From contig CAVVYR010000006.1 in the NCBI GenBank assembly GCA_963752475.1, forward strand, positions 799,074-863,073: DNA of 64,000 nt. The letters run 5' to 3'. Below are positions 19,001 to 26,985 of the stretch, piece by piece. The notes beneath the pieces are model-generated. The model ran no database searches, was not told the DNA's origin, and was given only the letters and a program-made list of their open reading frames with translations. This DNA is from an uncultured Chloroflexia bacterium. GTDB taxonomy: Bacteria > Chloroflexota > Limnocylindria > Limnocylindrales > CSP1-4. The number at the start of each line of letters is the position of its first letter. Within the stretch, counting starts at the first letter, position 1. Position numbers and translations under genes: made by a program.

Positions 19001-20759
19001 TGCCAAGGCTCGCCGCGCGGTCGCCCAGGAGTGGCTCGAGGCGCTGGTGGCAGACCGGCGAGCGGTCTCGCTACGCGTGGCTGGTGAGGTCCGCTGGATC
19101 GCGGCCGAGGACGTCGGGCGCTACCGGGATGGCGTGGGTGCATCCCCGCCGGTCGGCGTGGCCGAGGGCTTCCTGGCGCCCACGAGCGACGCGCTCGGGT
19201 CGATGCTGGCTCGGTGGGCCCGGACGCACGGTCCGTTCCACACCGAAGGGCCCGCCGACCGCTGGCAGCTACCTCGCGGAGTCGTTGAGACCGCCCTGGA
19301 GGGCCTGATGGCCGACGGTGTGCTGCTGCGGGGTGAGTTCCGACCCGGTGGCGTGGAGCGCGAATGGTGCGACCCGGAGGTACTGCGCCTCGTGCGTCGC
19401 CGTTCGCTGGCTCGGCTGCGACGCGAGATCGAGCCGGTGGAGCCGACGGCCCTGGCTCGGTTCCTGCCGGCCTGGCAAGGCGTAGGTGCGGGGGCCGCGG
19501 GCATCGACAGGCTGGCGGAGGCCATCGGCCAGCTCGAGGGTGTGGCGCTACCGGCGAGTGTGCTGGAGCGTGACGTCCTTCCAGCGCGGGTCCAGGGCTA
19601 CAGCCCCCAGATGCTCGACGAGCTGGGCGCCGCCGGCGAGGTCGTTTGGGTCGGTGCCGGGAGCCTGGGCAAGGATGATGGCCGCATCGCCTTGTATCGG
19701 CCCGATCGCCTTGCGCTGCTGCTGCCGACACGCGTCGGAGAGGACCAGCCGGGCGAGGACGCCGGGACCTGGCTGCACGAGGCGTTGCGCCAGCACCTGT
19801 CCGCGCGTGGCGCCTCGTTTCATCGTGAGTTGCTGGGTGCGGCCCTCACTGCCGCTGCGGCCGGTGAGCGCCGACGTCCAGGAGAGCGAGAGATGCTCGA
19901 TGCGCTGTGGGACCTCGTCTGGGCCGGTGAGGTCACCAACGACACGTTCCTGCCGTTGCGGGCGCTGCGCTGGCCGCGTCGAGGGGGAGGGCGGCCTGCA
20001 GCCCGGGCGCGATCGCGGATGGGTACCCGCATGGGACCGCCGGAGGCGGCGGGGCGCTGGTCGCTGGTGGAGGAGACGCTGCGGACGGCGGTCGCACTCG
20101 CCGACGGCAAGGAGCCGACGGGCACAGGACAGCGTGCCGCCCTCGCGGCCACGCTCCTCGAGCGCTATGGCGTCGTCACCCGGGACGCCGTCGCCGGTGA
20201 GAACGTGCGCGGGGGGTTCGGGGCGGTCTACCCGGTCTACCGCGAGATGGAGGAGCGCGGACGGGTGCGCCGCGGGTATTTCGTCGAAGGCCTTGGCGGT
20301 GCCCAGTTCGCCGTCGCAGGTGCGGTGGACCGGCTGCGCTCGATGCGTCGCGGCGCCGGCGCAGACTCCAGCGACGACCCCAAGACCGTGCTGCTGGCCG
20401 CAACCGACCCGGCCAACCCGTATGGTGCCGCGCTGGCGTGGCCGCAGGACGGGGTTCGGCACTCGCGGACGCCGAGCCGTTCGGCCGGCGCCTACGTCGT
20501 GCTGCACGACGGTGAACCTGTGCTCTACCTGGAGCGTGGTGGGAAGTCGCTGCTGACGTTCTCGCCGTTCGATGACGAACGCGTCGGGGGATCGGCCGTC
20601 GATGTGCTGCGAACGCTCATCGATGATGGACGCGTGAAGCGTCTGCAGCTCGAGCGCGTGGATGGCACGGCCATCGGTGAGTCGCCATCCCGGGAGCGCC
20701 TGGCCGCCCTCGGGTTCCGGCAGGCGTACCGTGGGTACGTGCTCGGCCCAGTGGGCTAG
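16077..20759 (+). CDS. lhr: Large helicase-related protein Lhr (DExH helicase with C-terminal winged-helix domain)
   Basis: APTGSGKT, SPLKAL, DEIH, LSAT, HHGS, TSSLELGID, QRVGRAGH, RRGYFVEGLGGAQFA. Confidence 0.95.
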   Translation: MPRRRKPAPTDPFAAFEAPTREWFGSSFDRPTDAQRQGWPAIAGGQHTLICAPTGSGKTLAAFLWCLDRLKHEPVPSEPKARLRVLYVSPLKALVHDVDRNLRSPLAGIGLAAERLGTPTREVQVGMRTGDTPAQERRAFGKKPPDILVTTPESLYLILTSQAREALRNVEWIIVDEIHALAGTKRGAHLALSLERLESMTDRPPQRIGLSATQRPLSAVAAYLGGRQPGDGESTAAPRPVTIVDAGVRKELDLSVVVPVEDMGRLGEVIPLEETPGGPMDGPATRTSIWPSVYPRVLELIREHRSTIVFTNSRRLSERLAQSLNELAEEDIARAHHGSIAREQRLIIEEQLKQGKLPCIVATSSLELGIDMGAVDLVIQVESPLSVSRGLQRVGRAGHRVGEPSRGVIFPKYRGDLLEAAVVTRMMRDGAIEPTTVPHNPLDVLAQQIVATTLDRDWPIDELYALVRRAENFADLGRDTFEAVLGMLAGQYPADEFAELKPRIVWDRVAGSVAARKDARTVAVTSGGTIPDRGLFPVFLSDDAAETGGPARARGRGGGRRVGELDEEMVYEARTGEVVLLGASAWRIEAIEHDRVLVSPAPGESGKVPFWKGDGVGRPVELGRALGQFTREISEQAGAKRGGRARAIKRLRDEHDLDQMAAENVLSYLDEEREVTGALPTDTTVVLQRFRDELGDWRVCLLTPFGARVHAPWALAIEARLQASLGVDVKPLWSDDGIVLRLPSTDGSYEPGEGLESMAQQAEAAVLIAADDIEELVTESVGSSALFSSRFRENAARALLLPRRRPGQRTPLWQTRQRASQLLAVASRYGSFPIILETYREVLRDVFDLPALRGILASIERREIRVVSVETSRASPFASSLLFDYIATYMYEGDAPLVDRRAQALTLDRDLLRELLGAEQLRDLLDAEALAELELELQALTEERAAGSVDQVQDLLRRLGDLSDDEVAARVRGADAKARRAVAQEWLEALVADRRAVSLRVAGEVRWIAAEDVGRYRDGVGASPPVGVAEGFLAPTSDALGSMLARWARTHGPFHTEGPADRWQLPRGVVETALEGLMADGVLLRGEFRPGGVEREWCDPEVLRLVRRRSLARLRREIEPVEPTALARFLPAWQGVGAGAAGIDRLAEAIGQLEGVALPASVLERDVLPARVQGYSPQMLDELGAAGEVVWVGAGSLGKDDGRIALYRPDRLALLLPTRVGEDQPGEDAGTWLHEALRQHLSARGASFHRELLGAALTAAAAGERRRPGEREMLDALWDLVWAGEVTNDTFLPLRALRWPRRGGGRPAARARSRMGTRMGPPEAAGRWSLVEETLRTAVALADGKEPTGTGQRAALAATLLERYGVVTRDAVAGENVRGGFGAVYPVYREMEERGRVRRGYFVEGLGGAQFAVAGAVDRLRSMRRGAGADSSDDPKTVLLAATDPANPYGAALAWPQDGVRHSRTPSRSAGAYVVLHDGEPVLYLERGGKSLLTFSPFDDERVGGSAVDVLRTLIDDGRVKRLQLERVDGTAIGESPSRERLAALGFRQAYRGYVLGPVG

Positions 20760-20816
20760 TCGTGATTCTCGGGTGTGATGAGAGCGACGCTCGCTATGGC
20801 TGACTTGCAGGCAGGC

Positions 20817-21812
20817 TCACGAGACGTAGATCTTCACATCGATGAAGCCATCGTCGCCCTTGCCGTTGAGCGACAGGCTCAAGTCACGTTCGGGTTTGCT
20901 GGGTGAGTCGGCGTCCACGGCGACCTGGTCTGGCGCGGCTTCGGCCGGGTCGTCGATCAGGAACGATGCGGCCGTGTCACCAGCATCGCGCTCGAAGTAG
21001 GTATCGCCGAGGACGGACGCATCGGTGTACCACTCGTGCTCGCTGCCGGAGGTCGACTCCACGCGGACCACGCTCAGGCTGACGTTGATGCCTGTAGGAG
21101 CGACCGTGTGGCTCGTGCCCCAGCTCTCGAATGTCTGCCGGACGGCCGCGGGGATGATCGCGAACGGGGTCGTGGGGTACTGGCCCATCCTGATGGTGTC
21201 GCCCCCACTGACGACACCGTCCTCGTTGGTGTCGACGATCTCGCTGATCATGATGTCACCGTCGTCCCACTCGTGGTTCGTGTTGACGTCGGCGTAGGCG
21301 ATGACCAGCGTGGGGGGCTCCGGGGGTACGACCAACGGCTTCTCACAGCGCACGACCGGGCCCGAGCCCGTGTTCTGGAAGCAGGTGTCGACACCGATGC
21401 CGCCGTCGATGACGTCGTTGCCCAGCTGCCCCGCCGCGAGGTCCGGTCCGGGTCCCGCGAACAGGCGATCGGGTCCGGGGCCGCCGTAGAGCTTGTCCGC
21501 CCCGGCACCACCGATGAGCTTGTCGATACCACCCTGACCCACGAGCCGGTCGTTGCCCGGACCGCCACAGATGAGGTCGTTGCCTCCGCGGCCGAAGACC
21601 TTGTCCGCCCCGCCCTTGGCCACGATGACGTCACGCTTGCTCGTGCCGATGATGCGATCGGCCTTCCTGGTGCCGACGATGGTGGCGGTCACCCCCTGGC
21701 ACTTCGGCTTGGCCGCTGACGCTGGGCTAGCGACGGTGGCCGCGGTCATGGTGGCGAGGAGCGCGGCTGAAGTGAAGAGCGCGATACCTCGGCGAAGTCG
21801 AGTGCTGTCCAT
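20817..21812 (-). CDS. Secreted protein with hemolysin-type (RTX) Ca-binding repeats
   Basis: Signal peptide, C.GVTATIVGT, GGxGxD repeats, C-terminal DxNxDG loops; SD GGGAGG. Confidence 0.8.
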   Translation of the reverse strand: MDSTRLRRGIALFTSAALLATMTAATVASPASAAKPKCQGVTATIVGTRKADRIIGTSKRDVIVAKGGADKVFGRGGNDLICGGPGNDRLVGQGGIDKLIGGAGADKLYGGPGPDRLFAGPGPDLAAGQLGNDVIDGGIGVDTCFQNTGSGPVVRCEKPLVVPPEPPTLVIAYADVNTNHEWDDGDIMISEIVDTNEDGVVSGGDTIRMGQYPTTPFAIIPAAVRQTFESWGTSHTVAPTGINVSLSVVRVESTSGSEHEWYTDASVLGDTYFERDAGDTAASFLIDDPAEAAPDQVAVDADSPSKPERDLSLSLNGKGDDGFIDVKIYVS

Positions 21813-21977
21813 GGCGCAAGGATCCTCCCTCGTCGGCCCGCGCCGGGGTCGGGCGCGTGGGCATGCGCGAAAGATACCGCCTCCGACTCGCGATAGCGAG
21901 TGATGGTCGTCGCCCGCACCCACGCGTGACGTACCGTTGCGTCCAACCGCTGAACAGCAGTCCAGGAAGGGACCTCG

Positions 21978-22292
21978 ATGACCGTCATCCGGATCAACGC
22001 CATCTCCGTGCCTGAGGCAGGCGGGGATGAGCTCGAAGCACGATTCGCCAAACGACTTGGCGCCGTCGATGAGCAGCCCGGTTTTCTGGGCTTCGACCTG
22101 CTCAGGCCCACGGGCGAGAACGAACGACGTTGGTTCGTGATGACTCGCTGGGAGTCGCAGGAGGCATTCCAGGCTTGGGTCGAGTCCACGGCGTTCCGAC
22201 ACGGCCATGCGCAGTCGGAGGGCGGCGGCCGGCCCGTGGCCACCGGGTCGGAGCTGCTCGAGTTCGAGGTGGTCCTCTCGAGCGAACGCTAG
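21978..22292 (+). CDS. Antibiotic biosynthesis monooxygenase family protein (MhuD/IsdG-like heme degradation)
   Basis: INAI.VP, RF..R, PGFLGF.LLRP, TRWES.EAF.AW, conserved His. Confidence 0.85.
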   Translation: MTVIRINAISVPEAGGDELEARFAKRLGAVDEQPGFLGFDLLRPTGENERRWFVMTRWESQEAFQAWVESTAFRHGHAQSEGGGRPVATGSELLEFEVVLSSER

Positions 22293-22313
22293 GCTGCCGG
22301 GCAGACCAGGCGG

Positions 22314-23246
22314 CTACGTCGGGGCCTGTCCTGGCTCGTTTGCCAACGGCTCGGTTTCTGCGACCGTCTTCCCCCCGGCATCCCCTTCGTCGAGGCCGAA
22401 GAAGTGCCGGCCATGTCGGTACGCCGCATCCCAGGCGTGGGCCACTCGCCCGGGGGCGTTCCACCATGTCGTGAACGCGTCGCGCACGACCTCGCGATCC
22501 TCGCGGGCCTGCTCGCCCCAGGAGCGCCACTCGAACCAGCGCGGGTGGGCCCAGATCCAGGGCACGGCTGCCCAGATCAGCAGGATGTAGTCGAGGCGCA
22601 GCGGCCGAGGGAAGTTGATGACCAGGTCCAGCTGCCGGACGACCTGAGGCCAGACGGCCAGCGTCAGCACGCCGAACAGGACCATCCAGGCGATGCCCCA
22701 CAGGCGCGTCCTCGGCTTGAGGATGAGGAACAGCAACAGCGGGAACCACTTCAGGGCGGTCGCCAGTGCCCAGAAGAACCCGCCGAGCCGCGGTCCGACG
22801 AAGTGCGCCGCCCAGATGCCCATCGCGCAGAGCAGCGTGATGTTGCCGGTGTCGAGCGTGGCGGCCAGGGGGATGGTGATGATGACCACGAGGATCGCCG
22901 TCGCCATCGGGTGCTGACGGTACGCCCAGGCCACGCTCCAGCCGAAGAGCAGCAGGTTGACCATCCGATAGACGAACCAGGCCGTCTCCCATGGCAGCGC
23001 GGCCCAGGGCGTGAAGATCGGTAGCGACCACGACCAGTAGACGTAGGGCATATACGGCGGAGGAGGGTCGAGCGGGTCACCGCCGCTGAGCCAGAGGCGG
23101 ACGCCACCCCAGTAGGCGCGCGCGTCGGCGCCGACGAGGTCACCTCGGGCGATGATCCAGACCGCGATGGCCGCGCCACAGACGACCAGGATGAGGATGG
23201 CGGCCAGCCGCACGGGGTCTCGCGCGAAGCTCAGATTCGGGCGCAT
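22314..23246 (-). CDS. GT-C (glycosyltransferase family 87-like) polytopic membrane protein
   Basis: D..AYW, PYVY, GNI and ALK.FP motifs with multiple TM helices. Confidence 0.7.
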   Translation of the reverse strand: MRPNLSFARDPVRLAAILILVVCGAAIAVWIIARGDLVGADARAYWGGVRLWLSGGDPLDPPPPYMPYVYWSWSLPIFTPWAALPWETAWFVYRMVNLLLFGWSVAWAYRQHPMATAILVVIITIPLAATLDTGNITLLCAMGIWAAHFVGPRLGGFFWALATALKWFPLLLFLILKPRTRLWGIAWMVLFGVLTLAVWPQVVRQLDLVINFPRPLRLDYILLIWAAVPWIWAHPRWFEWRSWGEQAREDREVVRDAFTTWWNAPGRVAHAWDAAYRHGRHFFGLDEGDAGGKTVAETEPLANEPGQAPT

Positions 23247-23293
23247 CCGAAGCATCGTACCGCCGAGCGGCGCAGGCCATAGACTCGTTGCCG

Positions 23294-24476
23294 ATGACGA
23301 CGACCCCGAGCGCGACGACGCTGGGGCGGCTGCGCGACGAGGTCCAGCGCCGACTGCCCGACTACCTGACGGACCTCGAGACCATCGTCAACATCGAGTC
23401 CGGGTCCTACACCAAGTCCGGCGTCGACGAGGTGGCGAACTGGATTGCCGGCCGGCTCGCGAACCTCGGCGCGGCCATCGAATGGGACCGGAACGAGGAA
23501 CTGGGCGACACCGCGGTGGCCACCCTGGAGGGCTCCGCCGGTGGGCCGACGATCCTGCTCATCGGCCACACCGACACCGTGTTCGACCCCGGCTTTCTCG
23601 CCAAGCGCCCGTTCGGGATCGACCGCGACAGGATCGTGGGTCCGGGTGTCAGTGACATGAAGTCGGGCCTGCTCACCGGTCTCTATGCCATCGACGCGTT
23701 GCTGACGGTCCTCGACGGCAAGCAGCCTCCCTTTGGCCGGCTCATCTACATCGTCAACCCGGACGAGGAGATCGGCTCGCCGGCCAGCGTCGATCTCATC
23801 GCGAAGTTGGCGCAGGGGGCGGATGCGGCCTTCGTGATGGAAGCTGCCCGAGCGAACGGGGACATCGTCTCGGCGCGCAAGGGCATGATGCACATCCGGG
23901 CCACGATCCAGGGGCGATCGGCCCATGCCGGCGTCGAGCCGGAGAAAGGCCGCAGCGCGACGCTCGAGGCCGCGCACAAGACCATCGCCCTGCATGCCCT
24001 CAACGGACGCTGGTCCGGCGTGTCGGTCAATGTCGGCGAGATCAAGGGCGGCACACGCCCGAACATCGTGGCCGAGGAGGCCGTGATGACCATCGATATG
24101 CGCGCGCGCCTGGCAGTGGAGCAGGACGAAGCCGAGGCTGCCATCTACGAGATCCTCGAGTCGTCAGTCGTGCCGGACATCTGCGACCACGATCGAGAAG
24201 CTCGCCGGTACCCGCCCGATGGAGAAGACCCCGGCATCGGCCGAGCTCGTCGATGCCGCAGTCGCCATCGCCGCCGAGCTGGGGTTCGAGCTGGCCGATG
24301 CCGAGACCGGCGGGGGATCGGACGCGAACACGACGGCCGCGGTCGGCGCGCCCTCGGTCGACGGGCTCGGGCCGGTGGGCGGCAACGACCACACGCCGCT
24401 CGAGTACATCGAGAAGAGCAGCATCGTCCCGAGGACGACGCTGCTCGCTGCGTTGCTGCTGTCAGTCGACGGCTAG
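23294..24476 (+). CDS. M20 family metallopeptidase (glutamate carboxypeptidase-like); one-base frameshift near 24182
   Basis: GHTDTV, GPGVSDMKSG, DEEIGS, AHAG; C-terminus GGGSDAN...DGLG..GGNDH in the next frame. Confidence 0.88.
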
Positions 24477-24490
24477 AGCGCCTCGAGCGG

Positions 24491-25289
24491 TTACTCCGGC
24501 GCCTCGGGAAGCTCGCCTGGGAAGAGACCCCTTCGAAGTCCATCCAGAGCCCCCACGTGTCCTGGGACAGTGCTCGTGAGAGCGCGACAGGCCCTCGTAG
24601 GCGCCTTCGCCACGAACCGCATGGCGTAGGTCATCGTCCGGTCCTCGTGGGTGCTCGGTAGCCCCAGTTCGACGTCGACACCCAGTGTCCATCCTCGTTC
24701 GGTGAGCGACGGCAGCCGACGTTGCGCAACACCCCAGTTGGGTCGGCGTCGTACTTGTAGTAGTCGTGGACCGAGTGCATGTTGCCGGTGAAACGGGGGT
24801 CGTTGACCATCGACGGGGCAGTTGCGTAGCGTCTCACCCTCGATGATCGCACGACCCCATCGTTCTCGGGTCGTCCGCCGTATCCGCCGGTGGACTGCAC
24901 TGCACTCGTGCAGGTGAAGCCGCCGAAATCGGCTGGGTCGATGTCGTCCATCCGTGACGGCCCGGGGCCAGAGGGCAGCGTCGCTTCCGTGAGGGGATGG
25001 CGATGAAGGTCAGGCTCCCGGCGAGTGCCAGGATGGCCACCGCGGCCAGCGACGCGTGTGGCTGTGAACATGGATCTGGCATCTCCTTCGTTCGGGGTGT
25101 GGCGCCTCCGACGTCGGCGCTACGCGTCGCGCCGAACCCGAAAGGGAACCACCTGAATGGCCACCAGCGCCGGCGCTGGGGCACAGAGGGGAGTCGATCG
25201 ATCGTCTGGAAGAGGGTGTGGTCGTCGAGCGTGGGGGCCGGCTCCGACAGCCACTGCTCGAGCTCGCGCGTCACGTCCCGCTCGTTCAT
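24491..25289 (-). pseudogene. Cassette 5 anti-sigma/exported protein, multiple frameshifts
   Basis: MNERDV..WLSEP..LPSVPQRRRWWPFRWFPFGFGATRS; MFTATRVA at 25071; DPRFTG, GEGAYEGL and FPGELPEAPE* fall in different frames. Confidence 0.7.
25069..25146 (-). promoter_or_regulatory. Putative internal ECF-type promoter plus SD (AAGGAG) and ATG at 25071 (cassette 5)
   Basis: Minus strand CCCTTTCG-ggttc-GGCGCGACGCGTAGC. Confidence 0.5.
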
Positions 25290-25845
25290 GCCGGCACCTT
25301 CGTCTCGAATGGCTGTCGGTGGCCACCCGGTCGTCCGCCTCGAGGGCGGCGCGCAGCGTGCGCAAGGCCCGTCGGAGCCGCGAGCGCACGGTCTCCACCG
25401 GTGCGCCGACCGTCTCGGCGACTTCCCTGATGGGCAAGCCCAGGTAGTGATGAAGTCGACCACGGTGCGCTGTTCGACGGGCAGCCGAAGGAATCCGCGC
25501 TCGAGGGCATCGCGATCGATGACGGCCGAGTAGTCGTCGCCGGGCGCGCCGGGCTCGATGTGGTCGAGCGGCACCTCCGGCAACCTCGGTCGAGCACGCT
25601 TCGTTGGGCGAGCAGGTGCGCACGAGGATCCGATAGGACCAGCCGCTGAACCGAGCGGGATCACGCAGCTGGGCCAGGTCCTGCCAGGAGCGCAGGAGCG
25701 CCTGCTGGACGGCGTCCTCGGCGAGTGCGGCGTCACGCAGGATGCGGCAGGCGACGGCGTGCATCCGGGGCGCGATGCGGGTAGCGAGCATGGCGAAGGC
25801 CGCCTCGTCCCCCCGTCGTGCTCGGACCACGAGCTCGTCGTCCAC
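25286..25845 (-). pseudogene. ECF sigma factor (cassette 5), frameshifted
   Basis: MDDELV..GDEAAF..LRDPARFSGW, then DRDALERGF in another frame, then HHYLGL..ETVRSRLRR. Confidence 0.75.
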
Positions 25846-25940
25846 GCGGTGTTCTCCCGCAGCTGCCCGCTCACCCTGTCGGAGCGGTCCCTACCCAGTA
25901 CGGGGCCGGGACACGCCCGGACGGGTGCATCCTCCTCCGG

Positions 25941-26591
25941 TCAGGAGGCGATATCGAGAGCTGCTCGTGCTGTGTTCACCTGTTCGACGAGCGCGGCACC
26001 GTCAGGGTCGGCTCGGAGCTCTTCGAGCGTGGCCGCGAGTTCGGCCTCGGTCGACGCTCCGGCGGAGAGGTCGGTCAGCGCCACGAATGCCCTCGCGAGC
26101 TTGGCCTCGGAAGCGCCTTGGGCCCCGGCGGCCCTGGCCAGCGTGACCGCCGACTCGAAGTCCGCTCGGGCCTCTTCGGGTCGGCCGGCAGCGAGCTCGT
26201 GGGCACCCAGGATCCAGTGGGCCCGGGCGCGGGGCAGCTCACCCTTCTCCAGCTCCTTGGCCAGCTCGAGGTTGGCGCGGGCGGCGGCGCAGCCGGCGCG
26301 AGCCTCCGGCGGGGTGATGACGATGCCCGGCTCATCCCAGCCGGCCCAGGTGAACGAGGCCAGGTCGTAGCTCAGGGCCTTGGCCTGAGAGCGAAACTCG
26401 TACGCCTGGTCCGGGTCGGAAGCGTGGGCCAGCGCCAGCAGGCGGCTGATACCGGCCCAGGCGATGGCCATCGCGGCCGAGAGGTCCTTGTCCTCTCGGT
26501 AGGCGTGCCGCATGGCTTCGCTGTAGGCCTTGGGCTTGGCAGCCAGGTCGACCTCTGCGAGGGCGGCGATGTCGGCGAAGGAGTCACGCAT
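25941..26591 (-). CDS. Hypothetical alpha-helical (TPR-like) protein
   Basis: SD GAGGAGG, coding-like codon usage, YDLASFTWAGWDE motif. Confidence 0.65.
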   Translation of the reverse strand: MRDSFADIAALAEVDLAAKPKAYSEAMRHAYREDKDLSAAMAIAWAGISRLLALAHASDPDQAYEFRSQAKALSYDLASFTWAGWDEPGIVITPPEARAGCAAARANLELAKELEKGELPRARAHWILGAHELAAGRPEEARADFESAVTLARAAGAQGASEAKLARAFVALTDLSAGASTEAELAATLEELRADPDGAALVEQVNTARAALDIAS

Positions 26592-26603
26592 GGTCGAACC
26601 TCC

Positions 26604-26894
26604 TCAGCGGGCGAAGGTGCTCCCGCAACCGTCGCACACGACGTAGAGCCCGTGGCGATCGAACAGGTAGCCCGCGACGTGCAGGCGGCCTTCGATGCAC
26701 TTGGGACAGACCCAAGTCCACCACTTGACGGGCGCACCGTTCTCGGCGGGCACGACCTCACCGAGCGGCTTCGACTCCGAGGCGACGCGATCCGCGAGGC
26801 CCTCGTTGGCCTCGAACGCGGCCTTGATGGCAGCGTCACGTTGGTCGTCGGACTCGCTGCTGTAGGGGTAGTTCTGGCTGACGTTCGAACTCAC
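26604..26894 (-). CDS. Small zinc-ribbon protein
   Basis: CPKC...CDGC; SD AGGAG. Confidence 0.65.
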   Translation of the reverse strand: MSSNVSQNYPYSSESDDQRDAAIKAAFEANEGLADRVASESKPLGEVVPAENGAPVKWWTWVCPKCIEGRLHVAGYLFDRHGLYVVCDGCGSTFAR

Positions 26895-26985
26895 GTTGGT
26901 CGGGGCTCCTGGCTACGTCGAAGGCCAGCCGCGAACGTCGTGAGCGCGGCGCGACCGGCCTGGGATGAGTATAGGACTCGGGTCG

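Noticed and set aside
16077-20759. Large helicase as an anti-phage defence gene
   Set aside because: Canonical full-length Lhr DNA-repair helicase with no defence-associated neighbours.
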